From assembly GCA_040752275.1 (NCBI GenBank), contig JBFMFH010000111.1:60015-124014 (forward strand): 64,000 nucleotides of DNA, in the 5' to 3' direction. The stretch is from Acidobacteriota bacterium (GTDB lineage: Bacteria > Acidobacteriota > Vicinamibacteria > Vicinamibacterales > JAKQTR01). Positions 45,710-55,100 of the stretch are shown piece by piece (the stretch's first letter is position 1; each line of letters starts with the position of its first letter). A program made the translations under genes and the position numbers. The notes beneath the pieces were generated by a model that was not told the DNA's origin, searched no databases, and saw only the letters and a program-made list of their open reading frames with translations.

Positions 45710-46733
45710 CGCACGGGACAGGTCGTCGATGAGCGCGGCGTACTGGCGGGAGCAGCGGGTTCTGGTCGGCGGCGGCTGCGGCTTCCTGGGTTCGTACCTG
45801 GTTCCGCTGCTTGCCGACTCGGGTGCCCGGATCACGGTTGTCGACAATCTCGCCTCGGGGCACCCGGACGCTCTGGCCCCCGTGGCGGGTCGTGTCGAGT
45901 TCGTGGAAGCGGATCTCTCGGACCCGGCCGTCTGCGACCGTCACATGCACGGGAAGACGGCGGTGCTCAACCTGGCCGCACGCGCGTTCGGCATGGACTA
46001 CTCGCGCAGCCACCACGGCCAGATGCTGGTGCACAACCTGCTCTGCACACTGGCGCCCCTCGAGGCGGCCAGACGTCACGGCGTGACGGATTACCTGGTC
46101 GTGAGTTCCTCCTGCGTGTATCCAGACGATGGCCCGACGCCGACACCGGAGCTGGAGGCGTTCTCGGGCAGACCGGAAGCCGTCAATGAAGGATACGGCT
46201 GGGCCAAGCGCATCCAGGAACTGGCGGGCACTTACTTCGCTGCCGAGCACAGGATGCGCGTCACGATTGTCCGCCCGTTCAACGTTTACGGCGGCCGTTA
46301 CCGCTGGCGCGACGCGCAGACGGCGCACGTGGTGCCGTCTCTCGTCAAGCGCGTTATGGACGGCGAAGATCCTCTCATCGTCTGGGGCAGCGGGCAGCAG
46401 CGGCGCAACCTCCTCCATGGCAGCGATGCGGCCGAGCTGATGCTTCGGGTCGTGGAAAGCGCACCGGGCCCGGAGCCCGTCAACATCGGTTACGAGGATG
46501 ACACCTCGATCTCGGAGTTGGTCGATCTGATCTGCGAGGTGGCGGGCGTTCGGCCGGCCGTTGTATTCGACACGTCCAAGCCGGAGGGTCGCTTCCGGAA
46601 GTCCGCCGACGCCACGCGCTTGCGCCTGCTCACCGGTGGCTACACTCCGCGCGTCTCGCTCCGCGAGGGTCTGCTGGACATGAAGGGGTGGTACGACCGG
46701 ACGTTCGGTCGGGGCGAGAGATCAGCAGGCTGA
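45696..46733 (+). CDS. NAD-dependent epimerase (GDP-mannose 3,5-epimerase / GDP-fucose synthase-like)
   Basis: GGCGFLGS, SSSCVYP, YGWAK, VWGSGQQRR, DTSKPEG; the start may be a few codons later. Confidence 0.82.
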   Translation: MVTPDARDRSSMSAAYWREQRVLVGGGCGFLGSYLVPLLADSGARITVVDNLASGHPDALAPVAGRVEFVEADLSDPAVCDRHMHGKTAVLNLAARAFGMDYSRSHHGQMLVHNLLCTLAPLEAARRHGVTDYLVVSSSCVYPDDGPTPTPELEAFSGRPEAVNEGYGWAKRIQELAGTYFAAEHRMRVTIVRPFNVYGGRYRWRDAQTAHVVPSLVKRVMDGEDPLIVWGSGQQRRNLLHGSDAAELMLRVVESAPGPEPVNIGYEDDTSISELVDLICEVAGVRPAVVFDTSKPEGRFRKSADATRLRLLTGGYTPRVSLREGLLDMKGWYDRTFGRGERSAG

Positions 46734-46753
46734 GGACGGCCGGCGCGTTTCGT

Positions 46754-48487
46754 TCATCTGAAGCAGGGCAGGTCCAGCGGCTCGTAGCGGCGTACTGGTG
46801 ACACGGACTTGGACACGAAGAACGCCAGGGTGAGGTTCCCGTCGAGAATCCGTTCACCGGCGGGCAGGTACTGCTCGTCGAGATAGGCGATGATGAGCGG
46901 AAACGAGCCGCGGAAGCCCTCGTGTCCCTCCCCGCCTGCCAGCACGACGATCGGGACGCTCTGCCGGCGAATCCGCTCGATCGTCAACTTCTGAGCGCCG
47001 GTGCTCCGGAAGAACCCGGGCCGCAGATCGGCGTGCCCACCCGCGAACGCGCGCTGCGAGAGTGCGATCACCTGCGGTAAGTACGGCGCCACGAACACGC
47101 GGTCGGCTGGTCGAGTGCAGTCCCGCAGGTAGAAGGTCAGATCCATCGCGCGAGGGCTGTTGTGCTCGGTCCATCGCTCCAGCGGCCAGGTTGACGCGAA
47201 CGCCTTCGCGATGTCGCCGGCGCGGTCGACGGCCTTTGACGGCCCATCGAGAAGGCGGGCCTTGTCGAGCCGCCGTCGGAGATCGTGGCTCAACGTCACG
47301 GCCAGCAGGGTGACCAGGGCGAGGACGACCAGTCCCACGCCGCTCGCCGTGACCCGGGGGAACTTCGCCGCAGGTGGTTGAAGCGCTGCGGATCCTCCTC
47401 GCACCATCCGAACCGTCGCGGCAACAATCCACGCCAGGAGAATGGCGTGGGGCACCGACGGGTCGGCCAGCCGAGCCCCGAGCGGCCCCCGCAGGAAGCC
47501 GGCGTTCAGCACGATGCCCATGACGGCAACCGTGGAGATCTTCGCGGCCGCGTTGGGCCACCCCTGCCGGCCGGCACTCGAGGCCAGGCCCATGAGGCCG
47601 AGCGCCAGGAACGGCACCGCGATCTCCAGGTAGTACAGCCAGGCGATCCGGTTGTCCCTGATCACGGCGACCGGGCGCGTCAAGACGTCCCCGTGGCGAG
47701 CGTCCCCTGAGATCCCGTCTGGGTTATCCATGAGTCCCGGCCACTTCACGGGGGCGCGCTCCCGATCGCGCTCGGCCCAGGCATAGGCTTCCTTCAGGTA
47801 CGCCGTCATCCCTCCGTTCATCTGGACGAACAGGACGTACGGCGACAGCAGCGCGATAACCATGAGCGCGTACAGGCAGGCATGCCGGGCGCGGTCACGC
47901 CACCCGACACTCTTCATGAAGATGAGCAGTGCCGCCATCGACAACGCGACGAACACTCCATGGTCGTGCCGGAACAGAGAGCCAATCACCGTAACGAGCG
48001 CGATCCAGAAGCTCCGCTGGAGCGTGGGACGGTCCGCGAACGCCCACAGTGCCGGTATCGCGACGACATAGACGAGGATCTTCGGGTAGTTGTAGAAGCG
48101 GGGCTCGAGCAGGATCTGGAAGAGCGCGGCGGCCACTCCGAGCATCCTCGACCCGGATGCCCTGGCCGCCAGCCAGTAGGTGGCCGCCGCCCCAACCGAC
48201 AGCGCCGTGACGCAGAAGACGATTTCGGGGAGCGTGCCGCGGCCCCCCAGCCACTGCACCGCGGCGCCGACATAGTAGAAGAGTGGCGCCCCGTGGTCAA
48301 CGAAATCGCGGACAGGTAGATCGCCGAACAGGATCTGCCAGCCACGCACCAGGTAGAAGAAGTGGTCGTCGGTCAGACCGGCGTAGGCGCCGCCGGGGTC
48401 GTTGAATCGCAACAACCACGAGAACGCGAAGATGATCGCGGCGATCGCCACCGAGCCAACGGTTCTCGAGCGGACCGAAGCGTTCAC
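46754..48487 (-). CDS. Multi-pass membrane GT-C-like protein (paralogue 2)
   Basis: Shares long blocks with 42301-44034 (GLTDDHFFYLVRGWQIL, LEPRFYNYPKILVY, FAGGHADLR, C-terminal PCFR). Confidence 0.68.
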   Translation of the reverse strand: MNASVRSRTVGSVAIAAIIFAFSWLLRFNDPGGAYAGLTDDHFFYLVRGWQILFGDLPVRDFVDHGAPLFYYVGAAVQWLGGRGTLPEIVFCVTALSVGAAATYWLAARASGSRMLGVAAALFQILLEPRFYNYPKILVYVVAIPALWAFADRPTLQRSFWIALVTVIGSLFRHDHGVFVALSMAALLIFMKSVGWRDRARHACLYALMVIALLSPYVLFVQMNGGMTAYLKEAYAWAERDRERAPVKWPGLMDNPDGISGDARHGDVLTRPVAVIRDNRIAWLYYLEIAVPFLALGLMGLASSAGRQGWPNAAAKISTVAVMGIVLNAGFLRGPLGARLADPSVPHAILLAWIVAATVRMVRGGSAALQPPAAKFPRVTASGVGLVVLALVTLLAVTLSHDLRRRLDKARLLDGPSKAVDRAGDIAKAFASTWPLERWTEHNSPRAMDLTFYLRDCTRPADRVFVAPYLPQVIALSQRAFAGGHADLRPGFFRSTGAQKLTIERIRRQSVPIVVLAGGEGHEGFRGSFPLIIAYLDEQYLPAGERILDGNLTLAFFVSKSVSPVRRYEPLDLPCFR

Positions 48488-48528
48488 CGGACTGTTCTTG
48501 GTGTGGCTGGCGCCAGCGGGCACAGAGC

Positions 48529-49299
48529 CTATGGCTTGGGTTCGGAACTGACCGCAACTGCCAGAAGAACGCCGAGGAAGACCACGTGTGCGATCCCGGC
48601 AATCGTCGTCCACAGCGCGAGGCGGGCTATCGGATGCGAGCCTGCACGGAGGCGGTCAGCCACCCTCTTGGCCACCGTGTCACGCGTGGCACGAGTCTCG
48701 AATGCCAGGTGGCCCGCCTGCTGCTGCTCTTCGGCAATGAGCATCCCCTCCAGGTCAGCGCGGTCCTGGGTCACGAGCAGCCTGACGCCGACCGGAGCAT
48801 GGATGGCAATGCGATAGCGATGCCCCTTGGAATCCTCGATCGGGTCGAAATTCCAGGCGAAGCGCCGGGCGCGTGCGAACGTGTGCACAGGCGTCGTCAT
48901 CCGGCGCACGAGACGTTCGCTCGCATCGCGGATACGCGGATCCAGGTCGGCAGCATCCCACACCTCGAACACCACGTCCCCGCCCTGGTTGGTTGAATCC
49001 AGCGTCAGCGGATACACCGACAGCCCCGAGAACCCGGGCGCACCCATCCTGAAGGTCTGGAACATCCCGCTGGACGCCGACTTCGCCGCCGCTGTGTTGA
49101 ATGGAATGATGTTGGGGAAAGCGGATGGGAGCCCGACCGGCTGCCAGAAGAGCAGGTACGCCTCGGCGGCGAGGATGAAGATGAACCCGCCGAGTGCCAA
49201 GCGTCCGGCCGGGCGAAGCCAGACGCCGCGCCAGTTCTGCAGGAGCGCCAGCGCTCTGTTACGCCAAGAAGGAGCGCGCCAGGCGAATCGTGTCGACAT
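48529..49299 (-). CDS. Hypothetical membrane protein: two TM helices flanking a beta-rich extracytoplasmic domain
   Basis: TM segments LALGGFIFILAAEAYLLFW and LWTTIAGIAHVVFLGVLLAVAV; QTF...FDPIEDSKGHRY domain between them. Start uncertain. Confidence 0.6.
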   Translation of the reverse strand: MSTRFAWRAPSWRNRALALLQNWRGVWLRPAGRLALGGFIFILAAEAYLLFWQPVGLPSAFPNIIPFNTAAAKSASSGMFQTFRMGAPGFSGLSVYPLTLDSTNQGGDVVFEVWDAADLDPRIRDASERLVRRMTTPVHTFARARRFAWNFDPIEDSKGHRYRIAIHAPVGVRLLVTQDRADLEGMLIAEEQQQAGHLAFETRATRDTVAKRVADRLRAGSHPIARLALWTTIAGIAHVVFLGVLLAVAVSSEPKP

Positions 49300-50335
49300 C
49301 GTATGCTTCGTAGGCCTTCCCGGTCGAGGCCTGCTGTCCGACAAACGCCGGACGCTCGCCGAAGTCCGGCGGACGAACGTCCCGGAGCCGGTCGAAGTAG
49401 AGGTGCTCCAGATACACGCCGTTGGGCTCGTCGACCTGTCGGTAGGCATCCAGCAGTCGGTCTTCGAAGACCTGGAGCCCGCATCTGAAGAACACGGTGT
49501 TGGCCTTCGGCTTCTGTCCCGGTTTGCCGATCTTCCTGAAGAAAGCCTCGGCGCTCGTCGTGAGCTCGCTCACGAGATCGAAGTTGCGGACGAACACACG
49601 GCCCGAAATCTTGTAGAACGTCTCGCCCATTCGGAGCAGCCGGCTGTGGGCGAACACGTGCTCCAGGATCTCGCCGTCGCCGTATCCCTTGCCCCGCTGC
49701 GCCGCATGTGTGTTGCCGTCGAAGACCAGCACCTCGACTTCCTTGCCGGCGGCCTCCAGGAATCGAACGATCCTCGAGAAGTCGAAGCCGGTATTGCTGT
49801 TCTCGGCGAGAACAACGCGACGCACGCGCTTCGGCTGCGCCCACGACACGAGGGCGCAGAGGTAGTGAAGGGTTCGTTCGTGCTCGTCGCGGATCACCAG
49901 GTACGGAGTGGCGGCCGCCGTGAACGTCGCCGTCATGACCAGCGTCTCGTCCCCAGACGAGACGACCCGCACCGTTCCGGAGCCTGATGTCGCCTTCAGC
50001 TCCTCGGCCATCGCGCGGCCGCGGAGGCGCTGCGCCGCCACCCTTGCCGACGACACCTGCTGCTCGAGGGTCTCGGCGCGAGTCTTCCAAGCCGCCGATC
50101 CGGACTCCGCTTCCACCAGCCGGAGCTTGAGTGCTTCCACTTCCCGCTCGAATCCGTCTGCTCTGGCTCTCGCCTCCTTCAGCTTGGCTCGGACGTCCGC
50201 CAGCTGACTCTTCAGCGCGGCGGCCCGCGCGCCAGCGGTCCCAAGACGCCCGGTCAGCATGTGCACCGACCTGGCAGACGCAAGCCCGAAGACGGCGAGC
50301 AGCTTTGTGAAGGCCGATCGGAGACCTGCTGTCAT
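49259..50335 (-). CDS. Coiled-coil leader fused to an uncharacterised glycan-locus domain (possible GT-A-like)
   Basis: N-terminal ~110 aa of heptads; C-domain with LAENS, KGYGDGEI, YKISGR. Confidence 0.65.
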   Translation of the reverse strand: MTAGLRSAFTKLLAVFGLASARSVHMLTGRLGTAGARAAALKSQLADVRAKLKEARARADGFEREVEALKLRLVEAESGSAAWKTRAETLEQQVSSARVAAQRLRGRAMAEELKATSGSGTVRVVSSGDETLVMTATFTAAATPYLVIRDEHERTLHYLCALVSWAQPKRVRRVVLAENSNTGFDFSRIVRFLEAAGKEVEVLVFDGNTHAAQRGKGYGDGEILEHVFAHSRLLRMGETFYKISGRVFVRNFDLVSELTTSAEAFFRKIGKPGQKPKANTVFFRCGLQVFEDRLLDAYRQVDEPNGVYLEHLYFDRLRDVRPPDFGERPAFVGQQASTGKAYEAYDVDTIRLARSFLA

Positions 50336-50417
50336 CGGAATGGACGCCGCGCGCTGTCAGGCTTGCCCAACACAACGGCAGGCCCGGTCACGAGGAACGC
50401 GAGCCGGCGCGTGTGAC

Positions 50418-52181
50418 CTACCGCTCAGCCAACACGCGAACGGTCCCGAATCTTCGAATCTCTTTGTATCTTCGGGCAATGTAGTCGTCCAGCAGCGTCA
50501 CGCCACTCGGAACGCTCGACAGGTTGGGCTCCTCGACGTCGTCCCAGCGATCATCAAGAATCAGCAGCCGTGGAGGATTTCCCTGCATCTCTGCAACGAT
50601 CTGCCGCTGTATGCGGCTTTCCGTCTGGACGCCTGGATGTAGTTCGTACCACTTCGTCACGGGCCGGCGTTCCACAAGAAAGTAGAACGCGACCGCGTTG
50701 ACGAAGATCTTGTCGTGGCGTCCGACTCCCACGTAGATGCGATCACCTTCCCGAGTTGTCTCCTTGACGAAGAGAGCAGCACGAACGTAGTCCGGATCGG
50801 CTCTGCCGCACGTCAATCTCGGCAAGACCGGGTCGCTGCACGCAGAAGCCAGGACGGACTTCCCGCTGCCGAGGTCCTGGAGCCCGGTTCCCACGTCGCG
50901 GATTCCTGGCGCGCTCGCCACGCCCAGGATGGCAACGAGGAATAATGACCCGCCCATCACCGCAGTCTTCTGAACGCCGCCCTTCTGGCTCACTTGTGAG
51001 ATGGACCACGCCAGGAGAAGAACGGAGAGGACGATCGCCGGCGCCATGTGGAGTGGAGAGACCCGGACAAGGCCCTTCGCGGCGAACAGCACGCTGGTTG
51101 CCCCTGTGAGGAGGACGAGGAACGAGCCGTCATCAACCGCTCTCGTTGGCTCAACGCCGCGCGCGCTGTGCGCGCCGGGTCTCCGCGCCCAGACAGCCGC
51201 CGCCAAGGCGCTGGCGCCGAATGGAACGTAGACGCTGAAGAGCCCCACATTGTCCAAGTTCTGGATCGACGACCTCAGGGCATCGACTCCTGGCCATGGC
51301 AGCGAGCGCACGCGGGGATAGACGAAGAACGGAATGCGTACCAGGTTCTCCCACAGATCCGGGGCTGGAATGCTGACCAGCAGGACGGCGCTCACAGGCA
51401 ATACGACTGTCGCGACCCCAGCGACGTAGTACCCGATCGCCCCGCCCGCTGAGAGAAGCGCGCGGCGCACCTGGCCGGGCGGACTCGCCGTCGCGAATTG
51501 AACCAGTGTTGTCGTCGCCGCCGCCAGTACGCAGGCAACGCCAAGGTCGTGCCTGAAGCAGGCCGCGAGACCAGTCGTCACGCCGGCGGCGATCAGGAAG
51601 CACCTGCGCCCGGCCATTCCCTGTTCCAGCAGTGACATGGCCAACAGCGCGAGGGCCAGAGCCGGGAATATCGGGAATGCGTCGTCCTTGGCTCCGATCA
51701 AGATGCCCAACGTGAGTGTCGCGCCGGCCAGGGCCAGCAGGCCCCCTGACGTGCGCCTGACTCCTGCATAGATGGCGAGCACGATCGCGGACTTCGAGAC
51801 GATTCCAATGGCACGCGCAACGATGGGTACCGCTCCGAAGACGTTGAACAGCCAGGCCGTCAGATAGAACTGACCGGGTCCGTACATCGTCCAGAAGTCC
51901 CGGTATGGGAGCTTCCCGGCACGGATGGAATCGGCGCCGACGAGGATGATCCCTTCGTCATACAGGTTGACGCCTGGACCATACGCGAGCAGTTGCGCAA
52001 TCAGGGCGAATCCGAAGACCAGGGCATGGACATGCCACTGATCGGCCGAACTGGTCGCGCCTGTCCTCTTCTCAGGAATCGGCACGCTGTCGCCGTCGCG
52101 TCCACATCCAGCCGTCGTCGGCCGCCTCCTTGGACGGGGCCGCTGGTGTCCTCCTGAAGCGGCGTCAGGCATACGCCCCAA
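50418..52181 (-). CDS. Multi-pass membrane GT-C-like protein (ArnT/PMT-like)
   Basis: YDEGIIL..GKLPYRDFWTMYGPG loop, FRHDLG, many TM segments; the start is uncertain and may lie downstream. Confidence 0.65.
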   Translation of the reverse strand: MGRMPDAASGGHQRPRPRRRPTTAGCGRDGDSVPIPEKRTGATSSADQWHVHALVFGFALIAQLLAYGPGVNLYDEGIILVGADSIRAGKLPYRDFWTMYGPGQFYLTAWLFNVFGAVPIVARAIGIVSKSAIVLAIYAGVRRTSGGLLALAGATLTLGILIGAKDDAFPIFPALALALLAMSLLEQGMAGRRCFLIAAGVTTGLAACFRHDLGVACVLAAATTTLVQFATASPPGQVRRALLSAGGAIGYYVAGVATVVLPVSAVLLVSIPAPDLWENLVRIPFFVYPRVRSLPWPGVDALRSSIQNLDNVGLFSVYVPFGASALAAAVWARRPGAHSARGVEPTRAVDDGSFLVLLTGATSVLFAAKGLVRVSPLHMAPAIVLSVLLLAWSISQVSQKGGVQKTAVMGGSLFLVAILGVASAPGIRDVGTGLQDLGSGKSVLASACSDPVLPRLTCGRADPDYVRAALFVKETTREGDRIYVGVGRHDKIFVNAVAFYFLVERRPVTKWYELHPGVQTESRIQRQIVAEMQGNPPRLLILDDRWDDVEEPNLSSVPSGVTLLDDYIARRYKEIRRFGTVRVLAER

Positions 52182-55100
52182 GGAACACGGTCGTCCAGCC
52201 CACCAGATCGAAGAGCGCGAGCAGGGTCAGCAGCCCCACTCCCACGATGTGCCAGTGCCTCTCTGGCCACCAGGTGCTCAGACCTATCCACAGGAGCACG
52301 CTCAACGGCCCCAGCACGGGGAAGAGATAACGTCCCTGGGCCATGATGTGCCACAGGAAGTACGACCCGAAGATGCCCGCTACCTGGACGGCGGCGAGCG
52401 CCGTCGCAACCAGCAGGATCGGCCTGCGCGCACGATCTCGAAAGAGGCCGAAGACGACGCCGGCGCACGCAACGACGACGAGCGTGTTCATCGCGTTGAG
52501 CCAGGGGCGGGGGGCAGGGAATCTCAACCACCCCGCGATCAGCCACGAAGAATCCACCAGCGCCTTCAGGAAGCGCAGTAGAAACTCCAGCGACAAGTCC
52601 AGCCCTGCTCCAACGGGCAACACCGCCGCTCTCACTGCCGCTTCCACTCGATCGACCTCATCGGGGGCGAGGAGCCAGACCGCTGCCGGAATCCCCATCG
52701 CAACGAGCACCGCGGCGCTGACAGAGAGCGCGCGGATCACCGATCGACGTCCCGCGACGACCACTGCGATGAGGGACACGATGGCAGCCATCGGTAGGTG
52801 GAGGGCCCCTATGCGCCGCAGTCCCGAGCTGAGCACTGCAGCCATCCACACACCAGCCACAGATGAGAACGACTGTTGCTGGCCCAGAAGGCGCGCCGCC
52901 TGCCACCAGAGGAAGGCACCGCAGAGGTTCACGAAGGCGTCTGGCCCTGCCGTCGTTGACACGATCAAGAACTGCGGCAATAGCGCGAGCATGCCAGTCA
53001 CGACCAGTGCGGACACCGGCTCGAGACATGCCTCCGCGGCCATCCAGCAACAGTAGACCGTCAACGCCCCGGCGATGGCTGAACAGATGCGCAGCAGCAG
53101 CAGTGCGCCTTCAGCGTCCACAGGCCCGATCCAGCCGAGCACCGCGCCCAGGACAAGATAGTACAGTCGTCCTCCACCGTGTTCCACCGACTTGACGACG
53201 CTGTCGCTCTCCTTGTCCGAGAATCCAGACGGCAGTGGGTTGGGAGTCGATCGGCTGTAGTACTGCCACCACCCATGCTTGGCCATGGAGCGGATGATAT
53301 CGCGCTGTGCGCCGGCTGCCGCGGCCGGGCTCGAGACCGAGGACTGCGTGAGGACCGCCGCGACGTGCTGCGGCTCGTCGGGATTCTGCCACGGAGGGAT
53401 CACGGCGAGGGAGAGCAGCTCCCTGCAGAGGAAAATGATGAAGACGAGCGTGGCGGGACTCCGGAGCAGCGTCCTCAGTCGGCCTCGCCAGTATTCGTTC
53501 GTGCGGGCGGGACGGTCTCTGTCGACCTCAACAACCTCCCGCCGCAATTCGGGCCGCATCGAGGATGAGCCGGCAGATCGCGTCGCCGTGGTCTGTGTCC
53601 TGGCCCTTCCGACTGCGCCTCCCGTGCCCGGCTCGAGCGGCATCTTCCCAGCCATCTCGTGCGGTGACGCGAGGAGTTCATCGTACAGACCGGCAGCGTC
53701 CCGCAATAGCCGGTCCATGTGGAATCGGGAGAGCACCGCCGCCCTGGCACGCTCGCCCATGCTGCGTCGTCGGTCAGGTGACGCGGCCAGGTCCAGGACG
53801 GCGTTCGCGAGCGCAGGCGCCGATCCGAAGGCCGCGAGCGCGCCGACCTCAGCGCTCGTGATCACGTCTCCAACGCCGCCGACATCGGTGCTGACGCCAA
53901 CGACGCCTGACGCCATGGCTTCGATGAGCGCGACCGGCGTCCCTTCATTGCGCGACGTGAGCACGAACACGTCCGTTGCGCCGTAGATCGTCGTCAGGTC
54001 GGAGCGCCAACCAAGGAATCTCACCCGCTCGCCCAGCTTGAGTTCGCGAGCGAGGGTCTCAAGGCGCTCGCGAAGTTCTCCGTCGCCGGCAATGAGGAAC
54101 AGCATGTCCGGCCGGTGGGTGGCGACGAAGGCCGCCATTTCCAAGAAGAGGTCGTGCTGTTTGATCTCCGTGAGCCTGCCGACCGTCGTGACGACGAGCA
54201 TGCCCTCGGGAATGCCGAGGGCAAGCCTCGCACGCCCGCGTGCCTCGTCGTCGATCGCCGCGAAGGGAGAGAGATCGAAACCGAGGGGAATCACGCGAAC
54301 CTGGCCGGGACGAGCGATGCGGTACGTCTGCAGGTCTTCCTCCACGCGCGGGGAGATTGCGACCAGCGCGTCGGTGCGCCCGGCAAGCCACCGCTCGATG
54401 GCAATGAAGACGCTCGTCGAGGCGCTGCCGAAGTAGCCCTCGAACACGTGCCCGTGGTACGTGTGGACCAGCCTGGCCGCCTTGAGTCGGCCGAACGTCT
54501 CGTTGTAGGCAACGGCTGCAAGCCGGCCGATCGCCCCGGCCTTCGCCGTGTGCGTGTGCACGATGTCGGGACGGAACCGGCACATGGCGCGGAAGATCTG
54601 CCAGGCCCCGCGCAGATCCTGGAGAGGGGACACCGCCCGCCCCATCGTGGGGACGGCCTCCGCTCTGGCGTCCGGCGCGAGGAGATACCGCATGTCGCCT
54701 TCTCCCGGCGACAGGCGGCCGTGCATCAGAAGCGTGTCGTAGCCGAAGGGTCCCAGCCGCTGAGACAGGCTGGCCGCCTGGATGGCGGGCCCGCCGATGT
54801 TCAGTCTGGTGATGACGCGGATGACCCGGCGATTGCTCTTCGTCTGCGCTACGCCGTGCTCCTCACCCGCACGTGTGGCTCCGGAGCGGACGCGACGGCC
54901 GACGACCCGGCTCGTCAACCGGAACGACTCACGAGATCCCTTGAGCAGGAGGAACAGGAGAACGGCGTACACGAGGAACGCCGACCGCGGATAGTCGCTG
55001 GACCTCAATACGTACAGGACTGCCAGGTGCGCAGCCACGACGCCGAGCAGGACCGCCTTGCCAAATGTGGTGGCGTCGGCCTGTGCGAACAGCCCGTCTC

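Noticed and set aside
44035-46753. Invertible (phase-variable) segment explaining the plus-strand cassette
   Set aside because: No flanking inverted repeats were spotted by eye and there is no recombinase in the window.
50418-53500. Apparently slightly lower GC, suggesting a horizontally acquired island
   Set aside because: The impression was not quantified, hydrophobic membrane-protein codons can explain it, and no integrase, IS or tRNA boundary is present.
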